64,000 nucleotides of DNA, from NCBI GenBank assembly GCA_039804105.1, contig JBDRZU010000001.1:960001-1024000 (forward strand). The letters run 5' to 3'. The DNA comes from a candidate division WOR-3 bacterium (lineage in GTDB: Bacteria > Hydrothermota > 32-111). A program made the translations under genes and the position numbers. This document shows, piece by piece, positions 31,652 to 42,488 of the stretch. The notes under the pieces are model-generated. The model was not told the DNA's origin. It was given only the letters and a program-made list of their open reading frames with translations, and did no database searches. Within the stretch, counting starts at the first letter, position 1; the number at the start of each line of letters is the position of its first letter.

Positions 31652-32889
31652 ATGAGAATCCTAAAATTAAAATTGAAAAAATCGTATCCGATGGAAGAGG
31701 AATAGGAAGGTTTGAAGGAAAAGTATTTTTTATCAATGAGGTAATTCCAGATGAGGTTGTTGAAGTTGAAAGAGTAAACGAAAAGAAAAATTTCACAGAA
31801 GGCAAAATAGTATCGATAGTAAAAAAATCTCCTTACAGAGTAAATCCATTATGTCAGTACTATAAAGATTGTGGTGGTTGTTCTTTTCAGCATATTGACT
31901 ATAGATATCATAAAATTATAAAAACCCAGATTTTAAAAGAACTCTTAAAAATGAATTCTAAAATCAATTATGAAGATGGGATCGAATTTGTTGAATCTAT
32001 TCCATTTTTCTATAGAAACAAAATCACTTTAAGAGTTAACGAAAAAGGTTTATCACTTTTAAAAGAAAAATCAAATGAGTTTGTTAACATTGATTCCTGT
32101 CAGATTGTAAACCAAAAGATAAATGAAATCATTCATGTTTTAAATCGGATGAATCTTTATGGAAAAAATGTCCATAAGGTAAGTATAAGGTTATCAAGAG
32201 CAGGAAAAATTTTACTAACTTTTTACACTGATATTATTGATCTTTCTTTTTCCTCTTTATTTTTTGAATCTTTAAATGTTGATAATTTGATTGTTTTTTT
32301 AAAAAACCAAAAACCAGTATATTTGAAGGGAAAAGGTGAACTTGTAAACCTTATAGATGAAAATATTTTTCATTTTTCACATTCAAACTTTTTACAGGTT
32401 AACGATTTTATTGCAGAAAAACTTTACACATATTTACATAGTGTTGTAAAAAAAGGAGAAAATCTTCTTGACCTTTTCTCAGGGATTGGGATATATTCAA
32501 TAATTTTCAATAGAATGTTTAAAAAAATATATTCCGTTGAAGGTAACACATCTTCAGTTCATTTCCAGAGAAAAAATATTAAGGAAAACAAAATAAACAA
32601 CATTTCCGTTATCAACAGATTTATAGATTCAACATTTGAATTAGGGAAAAATATTTATTTTGATACTGTGATAATTGATCCTCCTCGTGAAGGAGTCGAT
32701 AAAATATTTTTAAAATCGATTCTTCCTAAAATAAAAGATCAGTTAATTTACATCTCTTGTGACCCTGCGACTCTAACAAGGGATATTAATACAATCAAAG
32801 AAGAATTTTTCATAAAGGAGATAAAAATTTTTGACATGTTTCCCCAAACAAAACACTTTGAAACTGTTGTTATTTTTGAAAGGATTTAA
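31648..32889 (+). CDS. rlmD: 23S rRNA (uracil-5-)-methyltransferase, TRAM plus 4Fe-4S
   Basis: C.YYKDCGGC, FLQVN, LDLFSGIG, DPPREG, YISCDPATL.RD, DMFPQTKHFE. Confidence 0.88.
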   Translation: MNENPKIKIEKIVSDGRGIGRFEGKVFFINEVIPDEVVEVERVNEKKNFTEGKIVSIVKKSPYRVNPLCQYYKDCGGCSFQHIDYRYHKIIKTQILKELLKMNSKINYEDGIEFVESIPFFYRNKITLRVNEKGLSLLKEKSNEFVNIDSCQIVNQKINEIIHVLNRMNLYGKNVHKVSIRLSRAGKILLTFYTDIIDLSFSSLFFESLNVDNLIVFLKNQKPVYLKGKGELVNLIDENIFHFSHSNFLQVNDFIAEKLYTYLHSVVKKGENLLDLFSGIGIYSIIFNRMFKKIYSVEGNTSSVHFQRKNIKENKINNISVINRFIDSTFELGKNIYFDTVIIDPPREGVDKIFLKSILPKIKDQLIYISCDPATLTRDINTIKEEFFIKEIKIFDMFPQTKHFETVVIFERI

Positions 32890-33808
32890 ATTTTAATAAA
32901 ATTTTTACAGATTCTTCTGTTGACCTTGAATCAACGCATTCAATCCTATCACAAAGATCATAAGCAGGCCCATGGTCTGGAGATACTCTCAAAAAATCAA
33001 GACCCAAAGTTATATTAACCCCACTATTGAAAGATAACATTTTAAAAGGTATAAGAACTTGATCATGATATGTTCCAACAAAAAGATCGTATTCCTGTAT
33101 ATTGTTTTTATTGAAAGCGGAATCAGCAGAAACTGGACCATCTATTTTAAAATCTTTTTTTAGGGAGCAGATTATCCTTTTCAACCTGTAATCAGATAAC
33201 CCAAGAAGTTTTCCGTCTGAACAATGTGGATTAACACATAAAAGCAATATCTTTGGTTCTTTTTTCAAAAAGTTTCTATAAAATTCCTGTACATTTTTTA
33301 TTTGTTTCCGAATATTCGACTGAAAGAGTTCGTTTTCAACTTTTTCAAGTTTTATATGTCTCGTTAAAGGCAAAACAGAAATTTTTTTTGAATAAAGAAG
33401 CATGCTCAATTTTTTTCTAAATTTTTCTTCTAAATATTCTGTATGCCCAGAAAAACCAATTTTAAATTTTGCAATCTGTTCTTTATTTATAGGCATAGTT
33501 AAAAGACCATAATAATTATCTTTTTTCTTTATCATCTTCTCAATTGAAAAATCAAGTGATTTTATCGATAACAATGTTGATTCTTTTGTTGGTTTTCCTA
33601 ATTCTAATTTTATATTTTTTGACTGTAAAAAATCAAAAAAAATGTTTTTCAATTTCTTTTCAATTTTAAAATTTTTTAATACATCATAGAAAATTTTTTC
33701 AGAAACTGAAATTTCAAAATCAATATTTTGATATTTTTTTGCAGCAACATATATCAGATATGAGTTGATCCCTCCAATATCTCCAATTGAAACCAGAATT
33801 CTTTTCAT
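32870..33808 (-). CDS. pdxA: 4-hydroxythreonine-4-phosphate dehydrogenase PdxA family
   Basis: PINK, GHTEYL, NPH, YHDQ.LIPFK, RVSPDHGPA. Confidence 0.9.
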   Translation of the reverse strand: MKRILVSIGDIGGINSYLIYVAAKKYQNIDFEISVSEKIFYDVLKNFKIEKKLKNIFFDFLQSKNIKLELGKPTKESTLLSIKSLDFSIEKMIKKKDNYYGLLTMPINKEQIAKFKIGFSGHTEYLEEKFRKKLSMLLYSKKISVLPLTRHIKLEKVENELFQSNIRKQIKNVQEFYRNFLKKEPKILLLCVNPHCSDGKLLGLSDYRLKRIICSLKKDFKIDGPVSADSAFNKNNIQEYDLFVGTYHDQVLIPFKMLSFNSGVNITLGLDFLRVSPDHGPAYDLCDRIECVDSRSTEESVKILLKFKSFQK

Positions 33809-35070
33809 TCGGAATATACTTTGATAAAAGATTTTCCCTTTTCTCTATCGATTAATTTTTGGATCTCTTCTTCAACCTTTCTGCTTTCAAGAACCGATGC
33901 TATTAATTCTCTAACTTCCTCATAGGAACTGATCTTCCCTCCAGAAATGTTTTTAACCATAAAGAGTTCATATCCAAAATCACCTTTTATCACATCGGAT
34001 ACCTCGTTCTCCATTAAATTTTTTAAGACACCTCGAACATTTTCAGATACCATTTCATACACAACTCTTCCAACGAATCCACCTTTATCTTTTGTCCACT
34101 CATCGTTTGAATATTTTTTCGCTGCTTCTTCAAATGATATTTTTTTACTAATAATTTCTTTTCTTATGTTGCTAATTTTATTATACGCTAACACCGAATC
34201 ATCTTTCGTTACAGGAAATTTTAAAAGTATCTGCTTATAGTTTATAGAATCTTCATTTCCATCGATTATTTTTATTATATGCATTCCATCTCTTGATTGT
34301 GTAAAAATAAGAGTATCCGATTTTCTATTCTGATAAAGAAAATTTGCAAGTTCAACTGGTAAATCACTATACTTTTTATAACCAACAATACCACCTTTTT
34401 TTGCATACTTATCTTCAGAATAGATTTTTGCAAATTGTGCAAAGTCCTTCCCATTTTTCAAATCCAATACGATAGATTCAAACTTTTGTAAGAGATCAAA
34501 CAATCTTATACTGTCGGGCTGAATTATTATAGAGATATGGTAAAGATCAGCAGCAGGTTGAACATAAAAAGAATCTTTATTCTGTTCATAAAAGTTTTTT
34601 ATTTCATTTTCATTCACAGATGTTTTTATCATTCTTTTATTCAGAATCTGTCTTTTAAGATATAAACTGGTTGCTTGCTGGAAATAATTTTTTCTTAGAT
34701 CTTCTATTTTTATTCCATTTTTTGACAGATAATCATAAAACTCTGTAGTATCATTAAAATTCTTTTTTAACTCTTCTATCCTTCTATCAACTTCTTTTAA
34801 TAACATTAAACTATCAATTGATATTGAATCTTTATCTGCAATTATCTGAAGAACTTTTGAATCAATGAGAATCTGGATCAAATTTCTTTTTAAAGAATCA
34901 ATTGTCTCCTTATTAAAAAGCGAAGAGTTTTCTAAAAGAAAAAGTTTTTCTTTATATTCTGATTCAAGAATAATCGAATCGTTTACTTGAATAAAAATCC
35001 TATCCGCTTTTAGGTTTAAAGCGGATAGGAAAACTATAAAGAAAAAAAGATTGAAAATTTTACTTTTCAA
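33805..35070 (-). CDS. surA: SurA-like chaperone with two parvulin PPIase domains
   Basis: N-terminal VND.IIL.SE; two F...AK.YS.D...GG domains; directly upstream of pdxA. Confidence 0.75.
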   Translation of the reverse strand: MKSKIFNLFFFIVFLSALNLKADRIFIQVNDSIILESEYKEKLFLLENSSLFNKETIDSLKRNLIQILIDSKVLQIIADKDSISIDSLMLLKEVDRRIEELKKNFNDTTEFYDYLSKNGIKIEDLRKNYFQQATSLYLKRQILNKRMIKTSVNENEIKNFYEQNKDSFYVQPAADLYHISIIIQPDSIRLFDLLQKFESIVLDLKNGKDFAQFAKIYSEDKYAKKGGIVGYKKYSDLPVELANFLYQNRKSDTLIFTQSRDGMHIIKIIDGNEDSINYKQILLKFPVTKDDSVLAYNKISNIRKEIISKKISFEEAAKKYSNDEWTKDKGGFVGRVVYEMVSENVRGVLKNLMENEVSDVIKGDFGYELFMVKNISGGKISSYEEVRELIASVLESRKVEEEIQKLIDREKGKSFIKVYSE

Positions 35071-35926
35071 ATTTGTACTCTATCTTTGCTTTTTCTCTTA
35101 ACTGCTGTGTATACGCTTGTATAAATGATTTTGATTTTTCAGAATATAAAAGATTTGTAAGCATTCCCTTGATCGTATTTTCATCAAGATTTGATGGTTT
35201 AAAATCAACAAGTTTAACTATATTGTATGTTCCATTTATTTCAGCAAAAGGTGTTGATATTTCCCCTTTATTTTTCAATGAGAAGGCAACAGAATCAATG
35301 TTGGCAAATCCTATACTTGTCAACTGTTTGAAGGTAAACCATGTATCGATTGCTCCGCCTTTTTGTCCCGTCTGTTTATCAAGCGATACCTCTTTTGCAA
35401 CAGTTTCAAAACTCTTTTTACCTGACTTTATCAAATTGTATATGGAATCAGCATACCCTTTATCAGCTGGAAGAACAATGATTGCTATTTTTATATTTTT
35501 ATCAAAATTTGGTTTGTTCAACTGGAAATATGCTGTTATTTCATCCTGTGTTGGTGCAGGCATTTCTTTAATTTTCTTTTCCATATATTTGCTTGCAAGA
35601 GTTATAATTTCTTGTAATTTAAGTTGATTCATCAAATTTGTATCGTTTTCGATTCCACTTTTCAACGCCTCATGGTATATTAGAATGTTGTCGATCAACT
35701 CATCAACTACCAGTTTTTTGTTTTCTTCTGGAACCGGTTGTCCCTGTGTTACAATGTTGACCAACCCTTCAGAAATGTTTATACCATTAACTGTTGCAAG
35801 AACTTTACCTGAAGTTTTTAAACTAACTTTTTCTTCCTGTGTGTTTTTCAAAACTATGTATCCAAGAAGGATAACTACGATTAATGAAAGCACAAGGATT
35901 ATGATAACTTTTGTGTCTTTTTTCAT
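35060..35926 (-). CDS. Membrane-anchored parvulin PPIase
   Basis: LATVNG, FETVAKEVSLD...KGG, AFSLK.KGEIS.P; AAGGAG RBS before MKKDTK. Confidence 0.8.
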   Translation of the reverse strand: MKKDTKVIIILVLSLIVVILLGYIVLKNTQEEKVSLKTSGKVLATVNGINISEGLVNIVTQGQPVPEENKKLVVDELIDNILIYHEALKSGIENDTNLMNQLKLQEIITLASKYMEKKIKEMPAPTQDEITAYFQLNKPNFDKNIKIAIIVLPADKGYADSIYNLIKSGKKSFETVAKEVSLDKQTGQKGGAIDTWFTFKQLTSIGFANIDSVAFSLKNKGEISTPFAEINGTYNIVKLVDFKPSNLDENTIKGMLTNLLYSEKSKSFIQAYTQQLREKAKIEYKFEK

Positions 35927-35930
35927 TTTT

Positions 35931-37607
35931 TTACTCCTTATTTTCACTGATTGTTTGGTTAACTATTTTGTCAAAAAGATTTCTGTTAACAAATATCTTG
36001 ATATTTTTCTTTTCTTTTTCTATCTGATCATAATATATACTATCAGTATAAAATTTCAGATATTCATTTTTCAACTGTCTTGATTTGAATTCGTCGGTTA
36101 AATCTTTTGGTCTTGGTGGAATCACATCAACAACATATATTATATTATATCCCTTTGAATTCTGGAAAATATCGGATATCTTTCCTTTTCCTGTTTCGAC
36201 TGCTTTTTGGTAATATCCTGTTGTATCGGTTTCATCGAAAATAAAATAATCAGGTTTTGCAAACTCCTTAGGTTTTATCGTAGAATACAATCTTGCAAAA
36301 CGTTGAAAATCTTTTTTCTTGATCTTCAAAGAATCTTTAACCATATTCACTTTTTGGAGATCATTGTTTGAAACAATGTAAACATACGCCTTTCCTTTTT
36401 CCATAAATCTATCGATTTTTTCTTTATAAAATTTGACCAGAAGTGAATCATCTGTTGGGATCGAATTCATTATATCTTTTCGAACTCTCTGATCACAGAT
36501 AATAGCCATTTTAACATCGGTTTCCTTAGCAAATTCTTTTGAAAGGTTTCCTCCCATCCTTCTTCCTTTTTCATAAACTGTCATAAAGAATAGCATCCTA
36601 TCTATGAAGTTCTTCATAACCTCTGGTTGAGAGAATGGAACTTTTCCAAAACCACCTTTCTGTGCTTCTCTGATAACATCATCTATAGTCCATGCACCGA
36701 ATATTGAAGTTGCAAGAACAAGTTTTCTTTCATCTTTTAATGAATCGAGTATTACATTGCCAACAGAATCATATTTGAATGCCTGGAAAAGTTTGTTTAT
36801 GTTTTCTAGATTAACATTTATCTTTCCCATTTTTCTCAACTTTTCTTCTGACTTTACAGCAACTTCATTAAGTTTTTTTCTTTTTAATGTATTCTCAACA
36901 GCTTTTATCTCACTCTGATATTTTGATGTATCCTTTTTTTCTCTTTTTAAGACCCTTATGATATGATATCCAAAAGGAGATTTGACAGGTTTTCCAATAA
37001 CATTTATAGGTTGTTTAAAACATGCATCCTCAAACGGTTTCACCATTACTCCACCTGAAAATTCTCTAAGCATTCCCTCATTGTTTTTGTTGTTTGTATC
37101 TAAAGAATATAAGGCTGCAAGTTCTCCAAACCTTTCGGGTTGTTTTTTCAGTATTTCATAGAGTGAATCTGCAAGTTTTTTTTCTTCAACAAGTATATGC
37201 TGAGCCCATATTGTCGTTTTATTTCTGATATATGTGTCCCATAATTCCTTTTCACTTATCTTAACTTTTTTTGTAACCTCATTGTCATATACTAGCCCTA
37301 TCAACCTGCTGTTTTCTGACTGAACTTTTTGGGTAATCAGATCTTCTGTAAGAAGATTATTCTTTTCCATATAGTTATAAACTATCATCTGGTTTATCAG
37401 GTTGTTCAAAACATCCTCTGCCTTTTTCAAATTTTCTTCTTTGGTAAGGTTTGGCATCGGTACATACATCTTTTTAAAAGTGCTTTCAAACAAAACTTTA
37501 TTATCAACTTTTGCAATCACATTATCTTTTTTTGAACAACCAGAAAAATTAAAGAGAATAAAAAATAGCGTTGTCAGAACTATAACATTTTTTGAAACTT
37601 TCATCAA
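35931..37607 (-). CDS. Parvulin PPIase lipoprotein
   Basis: FSGC lipobox, AQHILV, MVKPFEDACF, KSPFGYHII. Confidence 0.85.
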   Translation of the reverse strand: MMKVSKNVIVLTTLFFILFNFSGCSKKDNVIAKVDNKVLFESTFKKMYVPMPNLTKEENLKKAEDVLNNLINQMIVYNYMEKNNLLTEDLITQKVQSENSRLIGLVYDNEVTKKVKISEKELWDTYIRNKTTIWAQHILVEEKKLADSLYEILKKQPERFGELAALYSLDTNNKNNEGMLREFSGGVMVKPFEDACFKQPINVIGKPVKSPFGYHIIRVLKREKKDTSKYQSEIKAVENTLKRKKLNEVAVKSEEKLRKMGKINVNLENINKLFQAFKYDSVGNVILDSLKDERKLVLATSIFGAWTIDDVIREAQKGGFGKVPFSQPEVMKNFIDRMLFFMTVYEKGRRMGGNLSKEFAKETDVKMAIICDQRVRKDIMNSIPTDDSLLVKFYKEKIDRFMEKGKAYVYIVSNNDLQKVNMVKDSLKIKKKDFQRFARLYSTIKPKEFAKPDYFIFDETDTTGYYQKAVETGKGKISDIFQNSKGYNIIYVVDVIPPRPKDLTDEFKSRQLKNEYLKFYTDSIYYDQIEKEKKNIKIFVNRNLFDKIVNQTISENKE

Positions 37608-37637
37608 ACCTCCTTACAAGATGATTTTTAATTATAA

Positions 37638-40625
37638 CTATAATAATATTTTTTTCAAGTATTCATAAACCCAATTAAAAATTCGTTCATCTGTAGTCAA
37701 TTTTACTACAACCGTGAAAGATGGATCATAAAAAATTTCAAAATTTTCTTCTATCCTTGGTATAATCTTTTTTATTGCAGAATTTACACTCTCATCGATA
37801 CCAGTATAAAATTCTATGATGAGTTTTGAGTTTCCATATTCTAATCTTGAAATTTTATTATTTTTACAGAGTATTTTCAATTCCTGAAATTTAAAAAAGT
37901 TTTCAACATCATAATATATTTTTCCATATATATCTTTGACCTCCTTTTTTCTTTTCTCAAGTGTTTCAAAACTATCTATAGAGTTTATAGACCTATAAAG
38001 TTTTATTTTCGAACTTTTTGTCATATTGTAATGTTCTGAAATATATGAATCAAAAGGTATATTTATTGTTGGTTCTATGATATTTGATTTTTTAATCCCT
38101 TTTATCTCTTCAATCGCTTCATTTAAAAGTTTAAAATACAGCGAGTATCCAACATTACCTATATATCCATGTTGTTCTGTTCCAAGTATTTTCCCTGCCC
38201 CTCTAATCTCTATATCTTTCATTGCAAGGGAAAGACCTGCTCCAAGTGAAGGATATGAGGAAAAAACCGAGATCCTCTTTTTCGCATTATCACTCAAAAA
38301 TTCTTTTGATGGAATTATAAGATAACAATATGCTTCCCTTTCTGATCTACCAACCCTTCCTCTCAACTGATGAAGTTCTGCAAGTCCAAATCTATCAGCA
38401 TTGTTTATAAAAATTGTATTCACATTTGGATTGTCTATTCCAGATTCAATTATTGAGGTGGATAGAAGTATATCAAACTCTTTTCTTTTAAAACGATGCA
38501 TCATAAGATCGATATGTTTTGAACTCATCTTTGCATGTAAAGTCACAATCCTGACATTGGGTAAAATTTTTAAAAGATGTTGTTCCAAGGATTTTATATT
38601 TTCGATTTTATTGTTCACAAAATAAATCTGACCCTCCCTTTCGATCTCTTTCAGTACAGCATACTTTATGATGTTGTCATCCCATTTTATTATAGAGGTT
38701 TTTATATTTTTTCGTCCTGGAGGTGGAGTGTTTATACTACTTATATCTCTCACACCCATAAGTGACATTTCAAGTGTCCTTGGAATCGGAGTTGCTGATA
38801 AAGATAAGACATCTATATTTTTCTTCAATATTTTTAACTTTTCTTTCTGTTTTACTCCAAAACGGTGCTCCTCATCGATTATTAAAAGTCCCAAATCTTT
38901 AAACTCAATTCCTTTTGATAATAGAGAGTGTGTTCCAATGATTATATCTATTTTTCCATTTTTCAAATCATCTTTGATTTTTCTTTTTTGAAACTCATTT
39001 TTAAATCTGCTCATAACCTCTACAACAACACCAAAATCTTTCAATCTTGATATAAAAGTTTCGTAATGTTGTTGTGCAAGGATTGTTGTTGGAACCAAAA
39101 AAGCTACCTGCTTATCGGAAAGCACCGCTTTAAAAGCTGCCCTCAAAGCAACTTCAGTTTTACCATAACCAACTTCACCAACAACCAATCTGTCCATCGG
39201 TTTTGGTCGTTCCATATCTTTTTTGACTTCTTCTATCACTCTCAACTGATCTTCTGTCTCTTCATATTCAAAACTCTCTTCAAGTTCAAGTTGTAAAAGA
39301 TCATCTTTTTTGAAAGGAAAACCTTTAACAAGATTTCTTTCAGCATACAATCTTAAAAGTTCGCCAGCAATAGTTTTTATCGAATTTTTTATCTTCTCTT
39401 TTTCTTTTATAAAAGAATTTGATCTAAGAGAAGATAGTTTCAAATGTTCACCTTTATCTCCAACATACTTATCAACAAGATATATCTGTTCAACCGGTAC
39501 AAAAAGTTTATCATTATCAGCGTAGATTATTTTCAAACAGTCCGTTGTTCGATTGTTGTATTCTATCTTTTCGATTCCTGCATATATTCCGATTCCGTAG
39601 GTCTGATGAACCACAAGATCACCATTTTCAATCTCGTCGAGTTGCTCAAGATATATCGGGCTTAACTTTAGATGTGAATATCTTATATTTCTTGATCTGT
39701 TAAAAAGTTCAAAATCGTTTATATATATTTCTTTCGAATAGTGTGATATAAAACCTTTAAAAATATTGAATTCAAAATATTCAAATTCATTCTTTGTGAG
39801 TTTTTCAATTTTTTCCCTTTCATATTTTGATGAGCAAAAGATTTTCACTCTATAACTGGAAAAATTTTTCCTGTAATATTCCAAAAAATTTGTAAAACCA
39901 GAATCTTTTAAGGATAATGGTCCAAAAAGTTTAAAATCTGGTTCAAGTTTTAAAATTTCATCTGAAAAATTAAATATTCTGTAATCGGAAAAGAAAGAAT
40001 CAAATTCAACTGTTTTAGAAACATTTGAATCAAAATCTGGTGGAATAAAAATTTCTTCAACTTCTTCCTGGCTCAGTTGAGTATCCAAAGAAAACTTCCT
40101 TATCGATTCTATTTTTTCTTCGTTAAGTTCAATTCTATACGGTTCATCTCCATAAGGAAAAATATCTATTATGAAACCTCTAACAGCGAATTCCCCCTTT
40201 TCGAAAACATTATCAACTCTTTCAAAATTCAAACTCTCAACATTCTGAATGAATGTTTCAATGTTCAGTTCATCACCTTTTTTTAAAACTATTCCTTTTT
40301 CTTGAACATAATTTTGTGTTGGATATTTAAAATCTTTTAACCTTTTTTGAGATACTATATTTTTTTTTAAGTTTTTTAGTAAAAAGAGTTTTTTATAAAA
40401 CTCATCTTCGCTCCCACTATCAAGAAACGATATTTTTTCTCCAAGGAAATTTTTTAAATGTTCAAAAAGATATAAAGATTCATCAAAAGAATCATTTAAA
40501 ATTAAATATTTTTCATCAGATTTAAAAATTTTACTTGTTAGAATAAAAGGCAAAACTTCAGGAATCACCTTTTTTTTATCCAATTTATTAAATTTTTCTA
40601 ATAATTTCACTAATTCTGTTGACAT
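37638..40625 (-). CDS. mfd: Transcription-repair coupling factor
   Basis: VVH..YGIG.Y, MDRLVVGEVGYGKTEVA, DEEHRFG, SATPIPRTL, QLRGRVGRS, DIEIRGAG. Confidence 0.95.
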   Translation of the reverse strand: MSTELVKLLEKFNKLDKKKVIPEVLPFILTSKIFKSDEKYLILNDSFDESLYLFEHLKNFLGEKISFLDSGSEDEFYKKLFLLKNLKKNIVSQKRLKDFKYPTQNYVQEKGIVLKKGDELNIETFIQNVESLNFERVDNVFEKGEFAVRGFIIDIFPYGDEPYRIELNEEKIESIRKFSLDTQLSQEEVEEIFIPPDFDSNVSKTVEFDSFFSDYRIFNFSDEILKLEPDFKLFGPLSLKDSGFTNFLEYYRKNFSSYRVKIFCSSKYEREKIEKLTKNEFEYFEFNIFKGFISHYSKEIYINDFELFNRSRNIRYSHLKLSPIYLEQLDEIENGDLVVHQTYGIGIYAGIEKIEYNNRTTDCLKIIYADNDKLFVPVEQIYLVDKYVGDKGEHLKLSSLRSNSFIKEKEKIKNSIKTIAGELLRLYAERNLVKGFPFKKDDLLQLELEESFEYEETEDQLRVIEEVKKDMERPKPMDRLVVGEVGYGKTEVALRAAFKAVLSDKQVAFLVPTTILAQQHYETFISRLKDFGVVVEVMSRFKNEFQKRKIKDDLKNGKIDIIIGTHSLLSKGIEFKDLGLLIIDEEHRFGVKQKEKLKILKKNIDVLSLSATPIPRTLEMSLMGVRDISSINTPPPGRKNIKTSIIKWDDNIIKYAVLKEIEREGQIYFVNNKIENIKSLEQHLLKILPNVRIVTLHAKMSSKHIDLMMHRFKRKEFDILLSTSIIESGIDNPNVNTIFINNADRFGLAELHQLRGRVGRSEREAYCYLIIPSKEFLSDNAKKRISVFSSYPSLGAGLSLAMKDIEIRGAGKILGTEQHGYIGNVGYSLYFKLLNEAIEEIKGIKKSNIIEPTINIPFDSYISEHYNMTKSSKIKLYRSINSIDSFETLEKRKKEVKDIYGKIYYDVENFFKFQELKILCKNNKISRLEYGNSKLIIEFYTGIDESVNSAIKKIIPRIEENFEIFYDPSFTVVVKLTTDERIFNWVYEYLKKILL

Positions 40626-40654
40626 ACAACTTCTTTTCAGTTAAGTTATTATAT

Positions 40655-41110
40655 ATGTATAAAATTTTTCTTTCAATACTCGTTCTGATTCTTCTGAGTT
40701 GTTCCATGGATTATTCTCTTGAAAAAGCAACAGTAACATATATAGGTTTTGACTTTTCGAACAATGGTGCAAACTCTGATCCAACCCAGAACGATATTGT
40801 ATCTATACTTGATTACAATCCATCATCTTCAACGATAACAAGGGAAGGGTATATTTATTTTTTGATAAATGAAAAATCAAAAAAACAGGACATCGTTGAC
40901 TTAGGTGAAGCGCCTTTTAACTCAATCGATAGGGTGTCCTATTCAATGTTTACTGATTCAGTTTGTCCTCCAATAATGGCGGGGCATCTTTATGTAATAA
41001 AGTGTAAAGATGGATACGCAAAAGTTTATGTTGTATCGTTTAGAGGAGAATCACTTCTGAGATTGCAGGTGAATATTATGTACGAATTTTCCTCAGATTC
41101 TGTATTCTAA
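40655..41110 (+). CDS. Hypothetical lipoprotein (start moved to MYKIF)
   Basis: LLSC lipobox; GFDFS and GHLYVIKCKDGYAK; promoter directly upstream. Confidence 0.6.
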   Translation: MYKIFLSILVLILLSCSMDYSLEKATVTYIGFDFSNNGANSDPTQNDIVSILDYNPSSSTITREGYIYFLINEKSKKQDIVDLGEAPFNSIDRVSYSMFTDSVCPPIMAGHLYVIKCKDGYAKVYVVSFRGESLLRLQVNIMYEFSSDSVF

Positions 41111-41664
41111 CTTCCGCAAATATCAGGATACTTACTCTTTGCCCTTTCAAAACCAACCTGAACCGCTTTTATATTCATATCGAGAAAATTTTTCGGAACA
41201 TTTTTTTCAACCGATTTTAGAACACTCTCTTCAGAAAAATATTTCCCAACAACGGTTATTATCCCAACTGAGATCATATTTGAAAAAAGTTCAGAGTTAG
41301 CAAGTTCTTTTGACATCTCAGAAATTGGAAAAGAAAGAATCCTTCTATCGAGTTGATCATAGTTTTTCACATAGAAAGAATCTATTATCAATTTTCCATC
41401 TTCTTTCAGTTCTTTTGAATAACGGTCATAAGCTTCCTGTGATAGGCACAATAAAATATCAGCAGCAGCAATTTCAAGTGTATATATATCTCCATCATCT
41501 ATAATAACATCAGCTTTTGAAAGTTCACCTCTTGCTGCAGCACCATATATCTGTGATTGAACAACATTCAGATTTGAGAAAATACCTGCTGCTTCAGCAA
41601 TCACTTTTGCAGCGAGTATTATTCCCTGACCACCGCTACCTGCCAATCGTATTTCTGCTCTCAT
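41107..41664 (-). CDS. korC: 2-oxoacid:ferredoxin oxidoreductase gamma subunit
   Basis: EIRLAGSGGQGIILA, YGAAARG, NMISVG. Confidence 0.88.
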   Translation of the reverse strand: MRAEIRLAGSGGQGIILAAKVIAEAAGIFSNLNVVQSQIYGAAARGELSKADVIIDDGDIYTLEIAAADILLCLSQEAYDRYSKELKEDGKLIIDSFYVKNYDQLDRRILSFPISEMSKELANSELFSNMISVGIITVVGKYFSEESVLKSVEKNVPKNFLDMNIKAVQVGFERAKSKYPDICGS

Positions 41665-42488
41665 CTCTCACCCCTTTTTGCTTTTTCTATAACATTTTTT
41701 TCATAGGATTCAACATATTCTTCTCGCTGTTCATCAACAAAAATACCTATTGGAAATTTTCCCTTCTTCTCTTCTTCACTCATCTCCTGCCATTTTTTCA
41801 AAGATACAGCCCTTTCAGCAACAAAATCAAGCATCTGATATGGTTCTTTCAACTTATTTCTTCTACCGAACTGAGTTGGACAGGTAGCCATAACTTCTAC
41901 AACTGAAAATCCTTTGTGAGATAATGCTTTTTCCATCACATTGTCAAGAAGAGCGATATGGTAAGCATCAGCCCTTGCAACGAAGGAGGCACCTGCTCCA
42001 ATTGCAAGTTTAACAATATCAAAAGGCGGTTCTACATTACCATATGGTGCTGTTGAAGCATAATAATCTTTGGGAGTTGTTGGAGAGTACTGTCCTCCGG
42101 TCATACCATAAATATTGTTGTTAAAAATTATTGCTTTAATATCAATATTTCTCCTGCATGCATGTATAAAATGGTTACCCCCTATTGCAACAGCATCACC
42201 ATCACCCATCACATCTATAACCATCAATTCGGGTTTTGCCATCTTAATTCCTGTTGCAAAGGTCAAAGATCTTCCATGTGTTGTATGTAAAGTGTTCATA
42301 TCAAGATATCCTGGTGTTCTTCCAGAACATCCGATTCCAGAGAGAACAGCGACCTTGTTTTTATCAAGTTTCAACTTTTCAATTGAACGAAGGAGTGCTC
42401 CTACAATGATTCCATGGGCACACCCTGGACACCAGATATGTGGTAATTTATCGGTTCTAAGATAATCAAAAATATGTTCATTATACAT
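41661..42488 (-). CDS. korB: 2-oxoacid:ferredoxin oxidoreductase beta subunit
   Basis: WCPGC, SGIGCS, HTTHGR, GDGD..AIGGNH, NN.IYGMTGGQ.SPT. Confidence 0.92.
   Translation of the reverse strand: MYNEHIFDYLRTDKLPHIWCPGCAHGIIVGALLRSIEKLKLDKNKVAVLSGIGCSGRTPGYLDMNTLHTTHGRSLTFATGIKMAKPELMVIDVMGDGDAVAIGGNHFIHACRRNIDIKAIIFNNNIYGMTGGQYSPTTPKDYYASTAPYGNVEPPFDIVKLAIGAGASFVARADAYHIALLDNVMEKALSHKGFSVVEVMATCPTQFGRRNKLKEPYQMLDFVAERAVSLKKWQEMSEEEKKGKFPIGIFVDEQREEYVESYEKNVIEKAKRGER

Noticed and set aside
33805..37607. Three tandem PPIase genes as a novelty
   Set aside because: mfd-PPIase-surA-pdxA clusters are a familiar arrangement in diderm bacteria
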